Origin: Okamejei kenojei
Lineage: Eukaryota
DNA length: 64,000 nucleotides
Direction of reading: 5' to 3'
Assembly: GCA_035221665.1 (NCBI GenBank)
Contig: CM069159.1
Coordinates: forward strand, 26,164,001-26,228,000
Part shown: positions 38,569-52,304 of the stretch, one piece after another
Layout of the letters: each line of letters opens with the position of its first letter
How positions within the stretch are numbered: position 1 is the stretch's first letter
The notes under the pieces: model-generated
The model's database searches: none
Told to the model about the DNA's origin: nothing
Seen by the model: the letters and a program-made list of their open reading frames with translations, nothing else
Program-made: the position numbers and the translations under genes

Positions 38569-41500
38569 AAGGCAAGGCAACGTCTAGTGCAGCGGTAGCA
38601 TAACACCCCAACTTTGATAGTCACTTGCCGAATTGATGAAGGCTAATGTACGAAAAGCCTACTTGACCACCGTATCTACCTGTGGCACCACTTTTGAGGA
38701 ACGTATGTACCTGCACTCCTGGATCTTTAGGCAAGTTTTGTTGGGCGATGCCAGTGTAATAATTAGACTGACTGGAGACACTACCAGTACTGGAATGCAA
38801 GTTCTCAGCACCCTAGCCAGCATGTTGTAAGGATTTATAGCTTTTCCAATATTCAATGCGCATAGATACTTGATAGCATGTAGATCAACTTGCTTTAAAC
38901 TGGCTTCCGTGAGCTTGGAGATCACAAAGGATCATCCATGTGTCTGTTTGCGAATGTTTCAGACATGTTTTGGGAGACTTGCGTGCTGGGTCCTGCCATT
39001 ATTGCACATGGGAATGTTTTCGGAGCCACCTCCCACTGTTACTACTTAATTATCCACCACGAGACACTATCGTGGTGTCAAGATTGCAGGCAGTGGATTG
39101 GGTCTGTTACTTATGGGATCACTTTGCTCTGTTGAAAGAATGCTGCTTCTACTTGTGGTTCAGTGGGAGGACATTATTTCTAATTATGTTTAGGGCTGTT
39201 TCTGGCATTCTCTTCTGCACTCCTCGCAGATCAGTTAGTTTGATGGTGACAGTGGAGTGAGGGATGTGCCAGCATATGAAATAGATCATGGAATCTAATC
39301 TGCTGTCATAGCGTCGTTGCACTCTGAGATGCCTCGAGTAATTAAGTCAGATCTGAATCTACATCATTTAGAACAATGATAATGGTGGACAATATAAGGA
39401 TGGTATCCTCCATGTGAAGGCAGAACTTGTCCCTGTAAAAACCGTGGTAGTCATTTCTATCACTCCCATAATTGTCAGATGCAGATATATCAGTGAACAT
39501 GAGTTTAGATAGACCTTTCCCTTGTGTTTATTCAATTGCCGGCAACTGCAGATCCAGTTTATTGACCATGCCTTTTAGAACTTGTTTATCTTGGTGGGTA
39601 TATTTGCTGTCGAGCCATTTTACGACAGGTTGGGACATCACCTAGCTAGAACACTTCAGGTTCTCCTGCTTTCACCATTGCTTCTTCCAAGTGTTGCTTA
39701 AAATGGAGGTGTAACAGTAGATTTTTATCAGGAGGACGATTTATTACCCATGTTTGCTCTGAGCAACCATGGAGGATTAATTTGTAATGGTTGCTCTAAT
39801 ATGTAATGTCTAGAGTTCATGTTGAGGATCTTCCAATCCACTCGATCCAATTTATAAACCAGTTTGCTCCCATTCTAGGAGACTGTGTCTCTCCCTGTAT
39901 TGGCACAGATGTTAACGAGAAGATGGTGTCATAAATTTTCAGCAACAATACTGGCACGGTTTCTTTCAAATTTCTAAGATTCTTCTGCTAAAGATTTTTT
40001 TTTTAAATTATTTTTTGATTATATACTATTCCATTTTGAATAGGCTTAATTGGGAGGTTAATAACATTGCAACTGAGTAGTAATGGAGCATGTTTAACAT
40101 CCCAGGCTACATCACATGATTGTTAACAAACAGACTTTGACATTGAATCAAGATACAAATATTGAACATGTGATTTGGCCAATGATGACAATGGTTTGAT
40201 CACTAAAGAGAGGGAGGGCAGTTAACAAGGCAATTCCAGAGCTTGGGCTCTTGGCATCTGGACACAGAGCTGGCAATGGTGAACAAAGAGAATCCAGATG
40301 TGCAAGATGCCAGAATTAGAAGATTACAGAAATGCAGTTGTAGGGCTGGAGGAGTTTCAGGATGGGGAGGCCGAGGCCAAGAAGTGATTCAATGCCAGAA
40401 GAAGAATTGTCAGAGTTGTTAGTCGGGGATCCAAGGTAGGATGAAAGATGGGAGACCAGAACTCTGAAATAGCCACCTCTGGAGGTGACAAAGACTTAAA
40501 TGAGGGTTTCAGGAGCTGATAAGATTCAATGTGAATTAACCTGTATGCAGTAAATTCCATTCAGTTCATTACATCCCCCAGCATCGTATCCTAATGATGT
40601 CATTAGTTGTTTGAGGCAGTTATGGGCTCATGTGCTCATAAGGTAAATGGTTGACCTTATTGCAACCATTGTTCCAGCATGCTTCCAGCACTCTCATTAC
40701 CTCCAGTAGGTAGTCTTACAATCTGCAATTCACTTCCTTTAAAAGTGCTACGATTGGAATTACTCAGTTCCCTCAGAAGGAAATGGAACGGACAACAAAG
40801 AGATAAACTCCAGGTTCAAGGAGAAAGAAGCTAATTAACCTACAAACCTGAATGTCTTTGGAGTGTAGGAGGAAACCGGAGAAACCGGGAGAAAACCCAC
40901 GTGATCACAGGGAGCCTGTGTTGGCCAAAACTGGCTTCTCCTCGATTGCAGAGCCGACTCTTCCTGCGTATGTCAGGGAGAAAGTGATTTATTGTAGACT
41001 AGAATATCTCTTCCCGCAGGGCCAAAGTGAACATCGAGGAAATAACTTGCTGGTTTCCTCAGCAAAGATTGGGGTATTACCAGTCATGGAGATAAAAAAT
41101 TAAATTGTGAAATACATCCTTGAGTGGGTCACGATAACATTGGTTATCTTGTGCCTTATCTCTCTCTGGAACGATGGTCCATCAGCTGGGCTGGTGGAAT
41201 TGATGCTCACTCATAATTACTCAGCCGCTGCTCTGGGTCTGATGCTGTGACTTGAGGTTTCAGTCCCTGGATATTAACGCAGCCATTTGACTGAGGCCAG
41301 CATGTTGTCACTGTGACCTCACAGTTTTATACACATCTGGAGTTATACCAAGCTCTAATTTATTATCTGAAGACAACTTGGAATGTCCTTAACCCCACAC
41401 CAGCTGTTGCTTGTTGACACTATTTACAGGAGGTTTTTCTTTCCCATCTTCAGCAATATGAGGAGGAAATATTGATATTGAAGTCAGTTGAATGAGGTTT

Positions 41501-43971
41501 TATTCCAGCGAGATGCATTGGATCTAATGTTAATGCTACGAGTGATTTAGAGCACCATGGTGCTAAAACCAACTCTTTCATGTGATGGTGTGGTGTGAAA
41601 TTAGGATGGTTGTGCCAGCTGCAAATTGACTACATGACAGTAAGGGGAATTACGTCAAACCGTGGGAGAGCAGGGCTTCAGATCGGCTACACCGTTGACC
41701 ACAGGTAGCACCAATGCTGCCTGTCCAGTTTGTCTAGTCACAGGTTAAATGGCTCACTGCAATTACTAAGGTGGGCCTGAGCGATTATATGATTTAAAAA
41801 CTCCACCTTGCCATCTATTCCTTCATACTGCAAAGTCTGGGACCAGAGGAACAGGAGCCATTGAGTCATAGACTCATATAGCATGGAAACGGACCCTTCG
41901 GCCCAACGCGTCCATGCCGTCCAAGATGCCCCATGTAAGCTAGTCCCATTGGCCTACATTTGGCCCATATCCCTCTAAAACTCTCCTGTACCTGTTTGTG
42001 TCCCTTAAATGTTGTTATTGGACTTGCCTCAATACCTCCACTTATTTATCTTCGTACGTCTTAGGGTGTCCAGCACCTCCTTGACCGTAATAAGGAATCT
42101 CCATTGACTGTTGCAAATTCCCTCATCTTCATGTCTTTCTCCACAGTAAAAACAGAGGGCAAATACTCATTGCTCATATCCCGTAACCATAGATGACTGC
42201 TTTGGCTTCTGAGGGGCCCTATTCTCTCTCTACCCTCTTACCCTTAATGTACATAATATATTTTGGATTCTCCTTAATCTTAACAGCCAGAGCTGTCTCT
42301 TGCTCTCTTTTTCTGGAGGACCCTTTGTCTGCAAAAAAACTCACTCCAATCAACTTTGCTCATTCATGTTTAATACTATCAAAGTTGGCCTTTTAGATCC
42401 CAATTAGATCATTGCTTAATTGTTCACACTCGTGGGAGAACATGACTAATCCACTCAACCACTCCTTTTGGCCTTGGCGTTAGGGATGTGTGATGAATGG
42501 CAACCTTGCCAATGATGTCCACATTCTGTAAAGAAATGAAATAAAAGCCATCCTCGTCAATCTGCGATCAGTGGTTTCAAGGCGAACATCCTTCCTGTGT
42601 CTGTATAGGGTTGGGTGGTATTTCAACATGTTACATATTTCTTTTGAGTTCCACTCTGACCCTTCTATTTGACTCTGAATGCTAGGATGTTTCCTTGCTC
42701 TCATTGTGTGTCCATGCCTAGGTGCCCCCTTTCGCAGTCCCTCCAGTTTCTGACCTGTACTGAGATCTTAGTTGTTAAAGGTATTGGCTCTCGATGTGTC
42801 AGCTAGTCCTTCTCTTCATTTTCTAGTCTCTCCATTCAGTGTAATTGTGACAGCCATCTCAGGCACACATCCTGCCTAGTCATATTGTGATTCTGAGTTA
42901 CCTGAATGCCGGCACCTTTCCCTACCTTCACCACTATCAACCAATTGTAGCGCTGTTCTCTGAAACTCCTTTCATTAAACCCCTTGCCTCACTGCACCCT
43001 CTACTTTCAAAAATCACTCCTGTATGTTTTCTCTATTTTTCCCAAATGCTGTTGATTTCTGCTCAAAGTCCATCCTTCCTACCTGGTGTTTTGGGACAAT
43101 ATCATGTCAATAGCATAATATTAAGCCAGTTGTTACATTGTTTCCCAGTCTTGAATATGGTGACCTTATGTTCATGAGAACTTTCACGCTAGCTTGCTAA
43201 ATATCACGAGAGGATATAATTTCGCTCTTGGTGATGTTTGTGTGCCTCTGTCCTCATTTCATATCCACCTCTGTTAATTTCCCTTTTATGCCATTTGTAC
43301 TGAATTATGTTGTACTCGGGAATATTCTGCATAAATTACTATAAACTAGCTGCATCTGAAAGGAGGAATAATGTTTCAGTGCAATTATTTGGACACTGTG
43401 TTGAGGAATTCCTTTGAAGTACCCGGTGGGCCCACAGAGACCGCAGAATTAATATCCGTTCCACTTTCTCTTCTTGTACGGCATCTCTTGTGGCGGAGAT
43501 GTCCTCCATTGATCATTGAACTGACAGGGATGCACAAGCTAGTTATTCAAATGCAAGTTCACCTCCGTTACTCTACATTTTACCTCTGCGCTGAGCTTTC
43601 CTCAAACATTGCTGCCAAAATCAAGTACGTTCTGGCAGGGAGGCTGTACTAATTGACTCCACATCTGCTCCTCAGTGACCATCATCTCAGGGGCTCCTCA
43701 GGGGCTGCGTGCTTAATCTACTGCTCTACTCTCTTTACAACCACGACTGTGTGGCTGAGCACAGCGTCAATGCCATCTATAAGTATGCTGATGACACAAC
43801 TGTTGTTGGCTGAATCATGGATGGTGATGAGTCAGCATGCAGGAGAGAGATTAAACACGTGGTTGTGTGATGCCACAACAATAATCTCTTGTTCAACATC
43901 AACAAAACCAAGGAAATAGTCAGAAAGGGAAGTCGGGAGACAACACGGCAGTTTTTATTGAAGACGCAATA

Positions 43972-44570
43972 GTGCAGATGCTGGTATCTTGAACAGAAAC
44001 ACAAACTGGAATCTTGAGCAAAAAACAAACTGCTGGTCAGGCAGGATCTTGGAGGGAAATGGACAGACAACACTTCAGGTCAAGACCCTTCTTCAGACAT
44101 GGAGCAAAGTGGAGATAACTGGTAGAGAGAGGTGAGGGGAAGGAGTGGGTAAGAGCTGGCTAATGACAGGTGGATCCAGGTAAGGATGGTTGATTGGCAG
44201 ATGAGGCCGATGGTGGAGAGAAAGGTGGAGATAGTGACCTCTGCTGGAGATGATAATGTGGAAGATGAGAGGATGCAAATGGTGGAACCTGATAAGAAAG
44301 GAAGGTGGGAAGTGATATGTAATACCAGAGGGAGGGATTGTAGGAAAAAGGGAGTGGAGGAGGGAAACATGGGGATTGTGGAGTAGGGAGGTGTGGTTGA
44401 TGAGCAGAGGTGGAGGAGAGGGAAAGGAACTGAGTAATGGAGGCATGGGGAGCAGAAAAAAATGGATGCATGGAGGGAAGACATTTTACATGAAATTAGA
44501 GCATTTAATGTTCAAATCGTTTGGGATGGAGGCTACCCAAACAGAGATGAGGTGGCATTCTTCCAGTTGC
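43972..44570 (-). mobile_element. Penelope-like element 3' remnant (end of GIY-YIG ORF, UTR, pLTR)
   Basis: The reverse complement of 44490-44570 resembles KLEE.HLIF.LG.L.P...N..SNF. The pLTR contains caggtcaagacccttcttcagac at about 44076-44098. Confidence 0.7.
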
Positions 44571-44764
44571 ATTTTACACTTTCCATTTATGCTTCCCTTT
44601 TTTGTCATTTTTCATTGTCGGCTCAGTAATGACTAGAGTTCAGTTGAGTTTAGTGATACAGTGCGGAGAGAGAAAGAGAGAAGATTGGAGGGTAGGAAAG
44701 TAATAAACCCGTGAAGCGTTCCTTTCTGCTTTCACCCGTTACATGGATGGCATTTCAACTGTCA

Positions 44765-45480
44765 GAATCAAGAGTGTTTTATTGTCAAATGTCCCAAAAC
44801 AGAGCAATGAAATTCTTACATCCAGCAGCATAACATTCACAACAGGTAAACATAGCACTCTGTAAACAGCATAATGAACAACATAAAAATGCAGTATATT
44901 TAAAAAAAAAACAATATTAATACAAAGACGAAAATAATGCCCCAAGTCTATGTAGTTCCTAATTTGGTTGGAGGTTGTGGTATTTATAACCTGATGTTTA
45001 TTGGGAAGAAGCAGTTCTTGGACCTGGATGTTACTGGTTTCAGGCTGCTATATCTTCTTCCCAATGGCAGGAGGTGAAATGAGAGCATGGCCAGGGTGTG
45101 GATCTCTGATGATGCTGGCTGCCTTTTTGAGGCAGCAGCTTCTGTAGATTATTTCCATGGTGAGAAGGTCAGTAGCTATGATGGACTGGGCACGTTTTGC
45201 AATCTTCTTAATTCTTGGCTGTTTGACTTGCCAAACGAGGCCATAATGCAACTGCTCAATATGCTCTCTACCGTATACCTATAGATGTTTAGGAGAGTAT
45301 TCATCGCTGGGTCCAGGCAAGTTTGTTATTCTGGCACCATTCGGTCAGTCAATTGAACTCCCTCATATACTCTGACTCGTTATCATCCGTAATTTGTCCA
45401 ACAGCAGTGATGAACTGAGCACACTGCCTTGAGGTGTTCCTGTGCTGATGGTTATCGAGCAGGAAATGTTGCTGCCTCTA
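44765..45480 (-). mobile_element. Rex1-like LINE 3' remnant
   Basis: AQSII.TDL...IYRSCCLKKAASIIRDPHPGHALIS, and the tail tttattgtcaaatgtccc. Confidence 0.75.
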
Positions 45481-47204
45481 ATCAACGCATTGTCTTTGCT
45501 GGGTTTTTTTTAAAGCTCAGTCTGTCATTTCCTGATATAGGTAATACCACCTCTGATAAACCTACGCTCGTACGCCTCAGAAGGACATAAAGTACTAGAG
45601 TAACTCAGCAGGTTAGGCAGCATCTCGACCTGAGACGTCACCTATCAATGTTCTCCAGACATGCTGCCAATACCCGCTGAGTTACTCCAGCACCGTTCCT
45701 TTTGTGTATTAACCAGCAACTGCAGCTCTTTGTTTCTACTATCATGCCTCAGATCATCTGGCGCTGATACCTTCATCCACGTCTTTGTTAACATTATAGC
45801 TGACAAGCTTTGTCTGTGTTCTAACATGCATTTTCATGCCTTGCTCTTTGCTACATGGTTCTTGGTGAAGTACCTCTTCATTTTTAATTTATTTCTCACC
45901 CTTATTTACAAACTCAATCTTGTCAATATGATGTACTCTAGCCCCAAAGTCTGATGAAATGTCTGTTCTTTAATTTTCCTCATCCCTAAATGTAATCACA
46001 GTATTTGTGGCTGGACCTTTGGGTGGCAAACTCACAAATTATAAAATTCTTTCCCTCTTTGCTTCTCATTTTAAGATGTTTGTTAAAAATATTCTTTCTG
46101 ACCAAGCCTATGACAATCTAATGCAGTTCAGCATCAATTTATAGCTTAACAATGCTGCAAGGCTTCTCTCTAAGTAAAAGCTGATGTTAGAATTTCAACT
46201 ATAACACATTAGACAAAGAACACAAATGTACTCCGCTTTTATCTCAACTAACATAACACATGCACACCTCTGTGTACATGTAGAAATATACATAATGTAG
46301 AGCAATCTGCCTTGAATTTTGTTCCATTTTCAGACTAAATGTGGATGGCTATTACTTTAAATCTTCCACCATGGTGACACTGCAGAGCACTGGCTTCCTG
46401 CAGCTCTCTAAAGTTGTGTTATGCAGACAGCAGGGTGTAAATGGTTCCATCTGCCACAGACCAGCCCCCTGGCCATGAGAAGGCAATCACACTGCAGCGT
46501 TGACAGCTTGTGTGCGTCATCAGCACTGCTTTGAAAATTTTCTACTTCAGATAGCGGCTAACAAGCTTTTAGTTCTCACCTGTTGAAGGCAACATCAGAC
46601 AAAAGCTTTCCAGTGAGAGGGGCAAAGGCCATTAAAGCTGTCATTTTATTACTTTCCTGCATTCAAGAGGAATTCTTCCAATTTACAATAAATATATCTT
46701 CAGTTCAGCAGGGAGTTGGACAGATTTCACCCCCATACATCTATGGTCTTTTGAAATTGCACAATCATAATAGCTACCGAGTACACTTCATCACTTTAGG
46801 AGCTAACGAGGCATTTCAATGCACATATATTTGCATCCCAAGGAGCCAGATCACATTTTAAATGAGAATCTCTCTGATTAAAATGATGGAAATCAAAGTA
46901 AATTGACAAAAGACACAATTATAAATCAGCAACCATCTCATTTTTCAAGCCTGTTGTGAAATTTGAAATCATGGATGTGACATTGAACATCTACAGATTC
47001 CACCTCAAACGGGCTGAGTTCTGAAACAATCTGATTTTTTAAAATAAGATTTATTTCAGCACCATTGTACTGACATTTGTGTGCAATGTAACACTGGTTG
47101 ATTAATGTTGTGTTCTCGATGTTAGCTGCAGATGTTGACCTGGATTTTGCCATTTACTAAAGTACTGTTTATTTGGTGTGACATTGTGATATAATAGCAG
47201 CTGG

Positions 47205-47535
47205 TTATATAGTTATACAGCACGGAAACAGGTTCTTTGACCCATCTTATATAGCAACCAAGATGTCCCATCCATGCTAATCCCACCTGAACATGTTTAG
47301 TCCATATTTCTCTTAACTTTTCCAATCCATGTACCTTTCCAAATGTTTTTTTTAATATTGCTATAGTACCTGCCTCAACTACCTCCTCTGGCAGCTCATT
47401 TAATATACCCCACCACACTCTCTGTGAAAAAGTTGTCTCTCGGGTTCCTATTAAATCTTTCCCCTTTCACCTTAAGCCTATGTCCTCTGGGTCTTGATTC
47501 CACTCCTCTGGGCAAAAGACTCTGTGCATTCACCC
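47205..47535 (-). mobile_element. CR1 3' fragment
   Basis: NELPEEVVEAGTIA..K in ORF 47122-47418. Confidence 0.8.
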
Positions 47536-49969
47536 ATCACTATTCCCCTCGTGTTGTTATACACCTCATGCCTGAATGTTGTCTAGACACTCTGCATCAC
47601 AGCTACAGAGACCTGGTTTCGATCGTGACCTCCATTGTTGACTGTGTGGAGTCTGCATGTTCTCCTGCATGGGTTTCCCTGCATACCCTGGTGTACTCCT
47701 ACATCCCATATGCAAGTTGGTACATTAATTATTCACTTCCCCTGTGTGTGTAGATGGTGCTTGGTTAATTAGGGGAATTGATGGGCATGTCACTGAGGAA
47801 TGAGTTACCGGAAATAAGTTGGGGAATGGATTGAAGGGTTGCTTTAAGAACCAGCAATGTGGTTGGGAAGTGTTATAACACTTGCAATTTTCCACTTTCC
47901 CCTCGATGTATTTTCAGGCTGATAATCTGTTTCCTGCTTTTCTGCTACGTATTCCTCGACACTGAGACCAAGCCACAGGCAAATTGTTCTACTTTGTTGA
48001 TTCATGGCCGAGTTGAGTGCTACTCACACTTGACACGCATGTCCAATGCACAGGAGCACACATTCTGAGTTGATCTACTTTCCTTCCTGTAAAATGTCTC
48101 AATGCTCTCTGGTATTAAACTGTTCAATTGGTACAGGCAAGCTTTAGGATCTAGGATATTTCTATTGCATCAAGCATTCATTCCAACAAGGTATCCTCAG
48201 GGCTAATCCAGTTTTGGCTTGGTTCTGTTCTGCTAAATTCTGTAGGACACCATGTAATAATAAATCAAGATGACACATTAATCCCCAATGCAGGTCAGGA
48301 AGCTCAGGAGCTGAGCTGAGCAGGTTCTGGCCTGGCCAGCAGAAATTTGGATCTGTTCATGTTTACAGAGAGTTCCCCAAATAAAATCTACCTTAAGTAA
48401 TCTTTTTTTTTAAAAATAAATCATTATTACTTTGTGAAAATGTATTTGAAATTGAAACCACATTCTAATATAGAGGGGTAGCAATCAATTAAATCTGACA
48501 TTGCGTTCTAATTGTGCAGGAAGGAACAGCAGATGCTGGTTTACATCAAAGATAAACACAAAATGCTGGAGTAACTTAGCGGGACAGGCAGCATCTTTGG
48601 ATAGGGTAGTGGTAAAAATATATTTTCAGGCAATCTTACAAAAGGCATGGTGTTCTCATTCTCCCCAAAGTTATCCCAGTGTAGAATTTATATTGCAATT
48701 TCCCTGTCTTCCAATATCCACTGATGTATGATCTGTGGTCTGTAAAACACCCATATGAAGGAGGAAGAATTGTCTGAGGTATACTAATCATTCCAAGTTT
48801 AAATGAAGAATTTCAAGGACCATGGTATGAAAGTGCCCAGTAAAAATGCAGGGGGATGTGGGGAAAGATTTCTCGTGCAAAGAGTGGTATTGATCAGTGC
48901 GTGGGTGGAGTCAAACAAGGCTTCTATGGGAGTAGAGTACAGAGTTTGTATGTTTTCCGCGTGGGTTTTCTCTGGATGCTCCGGTCTACTGCCACACTTC
49001 AAAAACGTACAGGTTTGTAGGTTAATTGACTTTGGTAAAAAGTGTAAGTTGTGCCTCCTGTGCTGAATAGTGCTAGTGTATGCGGATCTCTGTTTCTGCG
49101 CTGTATCTCTAAACTAAACCAAACCAAACCTTGACAGGGGGCTTGGCAGCACGGGAGCTGAGGCAAAAGCAAAATTAAAAGCTCTCTTAGCAACTCTTAG
49201 CAACCTTATGAACACATTTCACTGTCTCAGTTAATACAGAGTGAGCAGTTAGTGCCATGACCACGGGGAAACTTTGTTTGCACAAATAATAAAGAACCTA
49301 AGCAGATTAAATTCAAATGGAACTAAAAGGGTCATCAGGTAAGCTCTCGCTGGGAAGGTGCATAATGTAAACTGCCTGCTTGCGAATCTGGTGTCAGAAT
49401 GAGAACAATGGCATTGGAACCCACTGAGTGTAAACAGAGACTCAATGATGGGGACGTGGGCCTGGAGAGGAAATTCCTGTGGATTTGCGCATTGCATTTG
49501 AGAAAAGAAGAAAATATTATACCGTAAAATGAAACCAACAGATCAGGTGTTAATGACGATAAAACAATTTAATCCTTGTATGTGTTTGTTTTTTTCTGGA
49601 CCCTTTTAAACTGGTGTTAATGCAGCTCAAACAACTGTAAGCTGCTTTTTTTTTTAACTCATCTGGCAGTTTATGCAATCCATGCCTCCAGCATGTGTCA
49701 GCTAGATAAAATAAACTGCCATTTGTTTAGCAACTCTTACATCCACAGAACTTCCCAAAGTTATTTTAAGTGCATTGAATTACTTTTTGAAATGTAGACA
49801 GAAATAGTTGCTTAGTTGTATACATCAATGCAAGTTTTAAAAAACTGCAGATGCTGGAAATCTGGAAATAAAAGCAGAACGTGTATGAGTTTGTATGTAA
49901 TCGTTGTAAACAATCAGCAGAACAGGCAGGTTCATGGAGATTTAGACAGCCTCATTTCCCCTCCATTCA

Positions 49970-50950
49970 CAGCTCGTACTTTTCCCTCTCTGTAAACTCC
50001 AGCGAGTACAGGCCCAGTATCGTCAAACGCACAATCATCACCAGATCATTCTCGTATACCTCCTCTGGACTCTCCAATGCCAGCACATCCTTCCTCAGAT
50101 ACGGGGCCCAAAACTGCTTACATCGAAACATAGAAATTAGGTGCAGGAGTAGGCCATTCGGCCCTTCGAGCCTGCACCGCCATTCAATATGATCATGGCT
50201 GATCATCCAACTCAGTATCCCGTACCTGCCTTCTCTCCATATCCCCTGATACCCCTTAGCCACAAGGGCCACTTACAATACTCTAAATGCAGTCTGACCA
50301 GTGCCTTATAAAGCCTCAGCATTACATCCCTGTTTTTATATTATAGTCCTCTCAAAATAAATTATAACATTGCATTTGCCTTCCTAACTACTGATTCAAC
50401 TTGCAAATTAACTTTTTGGGGAATCCTGCACCAGTACTCCCAAGTTCCTTTGCACCTCCGATTCCTGAATCCTCTCTCCATTTAGAAAATAGTCAACACC
50501 TTTATTCCTTCCACCAAATTGTGTGACTCCACACTATTTCATCTGCCACTTCTTTGCCCACTCTTCCAATCTGTCCAAGTCCTTCTGCAAAGTACCTGCT
50601 TTCTCTGCACTAAGTGCCCCTCCATCTATCTTCTGCAAAATTGGCCACAAAGCCTTCAATTCCTTCATTCAAATCATTGATATACAACATGAAGAGTTGT
50701 GGCCCCAGCACCGACCCTTGTGGAACATCACTAGTCACTGGCAGCCAACCAGTAAAAGCCCCCTTTATTCACACACTTTGCCTTCTGCCATGCAGTCAAT
50801 CTTCTATGCATGCTAGTATCTTCCCCTTAATTCCATGTGATCTCATCATCTTTAGCAGCCTTATCAAAGGCCTTATATGGCAGATCCTTATCAAAGGCCT
50901 TCTGAAAATCCAGGTAAACAACATCCTGTTGTCTATCCTATTTATTTCCT
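49970..50950 (-). mobile_element. CR1 RT remnant with a nested younger CR1 3' end (50123-50271)
   Basis: The host reads QFWAPYLRKDVLALE. The nested aaacatagaaattaggtgcaggagtaggccattcggcccttcg... is flanked by the 6-bp repeat cttaca (50117-50122, 50272-50277). Confidence 0.85.
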
Positions 50951-51548
50951 CAGTGTAAATGATCAAATGAGGTTCCTTCCGTCCATTGTAAGCAAAACCA
51001 TGTCATGATACTGAGGAGCAGTTAATTTTTTGAGTATTTTTTGTTTTTATTTGTGATTTCCAGCATCTGCAGTTTTCTTGGGATTTTTTTTTTAATGAAT
51101 TAATCCTCTTGTTCTAACCAAAAGTAATTGTAAATCAATATCAAACATGGTCATTATGACATTGTTTATTTGTGGACGCTTGCTGTAAGCATATTGACTA
51201 CCTCATTCCCTGCATTAGAAACCTTTGAAAGTATCACATGAACAGTCCACCACCACTTGGGTACGTCCAGAGGTGGTGACACTATGAAAATGCAAGTTCA
51301 GTTCATTTGACGAACCAGGGAGTTCCGTGCATGTCCTTACTCTGTTTTATGTAAGTGCTTATCCATTTAAAATAAGCACATCAATGCTTGGATAAAATAG
51401 GGAGATAAAGGATTTGCACATGAGAGCATTAACTGCTCACATGCTAAATGTTTGCTGTGTCGTTTCAAGGCCATAGTGAAGTGATTTCATGTTTGTGCAT
51501 TTGTTCATTTCTTAATCTATCTGATAAACCTTTCACTATTTATTGTTG

Positions 51549-51686
51549 GTACACAAAAAGCTGGAGAAACTCAGCGGGTGCAGCAGCATCTAAGGAGCGA
51601 AGGAGATAGGCGACGTTTCGGGTTGAGACCCTTCTTCAGCTTTTTGTGTACCCTCGATTCTCCAGCATCTGCAGTTCCTTCTTTAA
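51549..51686. mobile_element. PLE pLTR insert, partly inverted, with an intact hammerhead-like core on the minus strand
   Basis: Perfect 15-bp TSD cactatttattgttg at 51534-51548 and 51687-51701. Confidence 0.85.
51612..51639 (-). ncRNA. Putative minimal hammerhead ribozyme motif (PLE-associated)
   Basis: CUGAAGA-A-GGGU-CUCA-ACCC-GAAA-C-GUC: both conserved core boxes, helix II and the GUC triplet are present. Activity is not shown. Confidence 0.55.
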
Positions 51687-52073
51687 CACTATTTATTGTT
51701 GCTGTGTAACATACAGGAGTTTAGATTGATTTAAAATCTTTCCAACAAATGACTTTGTACCATTTATTCCTCATTGTTGATATTTAGTCTTGTCCGAGGA
51801 ATGCTGGGTGTTGTACTCGGGAATATCCTGCTTGCATTAATGTCACCCAGCTGTGTGTGGAATGAGTAATGACTCTTCACTGCAATTAACCAGGCCGCAT
51901 GTTGAGACCCTTAAAGCAGAGGTGCCTCACAATGGTTCCAGCATTGCTGTTTTGCTGCTTTACCCTCGTGTTCGCTGACCATTCTGAGCCAGAGCTGTGG
52001 AGCTGACTGGCATTAACTTTTCACACTACCAGTAGATTATTTAGAAGGTGAAACTGTCCTTAAAAGTTTATTT

Positions 52074-52304
52074 NNNNNNNNNNNNNNNNNNNNNNNNNNN
52101 NNNNNNNNNNNNNNNNNNNNNNNNNNNNNNNNNNNNNNNNNNNNNNNNNNNNNNNNNNNNNNNNNNNNNNNNNNNNNNNNNNNNNNNNNNNNNNNNNNNN
52201 NNNNNNNNNNNNNNNNNNNNNNNNNNNNNNNNNNNNNNNNNNNNNNNNNNNNNNNNNNNNNNNNNNNNNNNNNNNNNNNNNNNNNNNNNNNNNNNNNNNN
52301 NNNN
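52074..52304. other. Assembly gap (231 N)
   Basis: Run of N, next to CT-rich low-complexity sequence (52305-52490). Confidence 1.
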
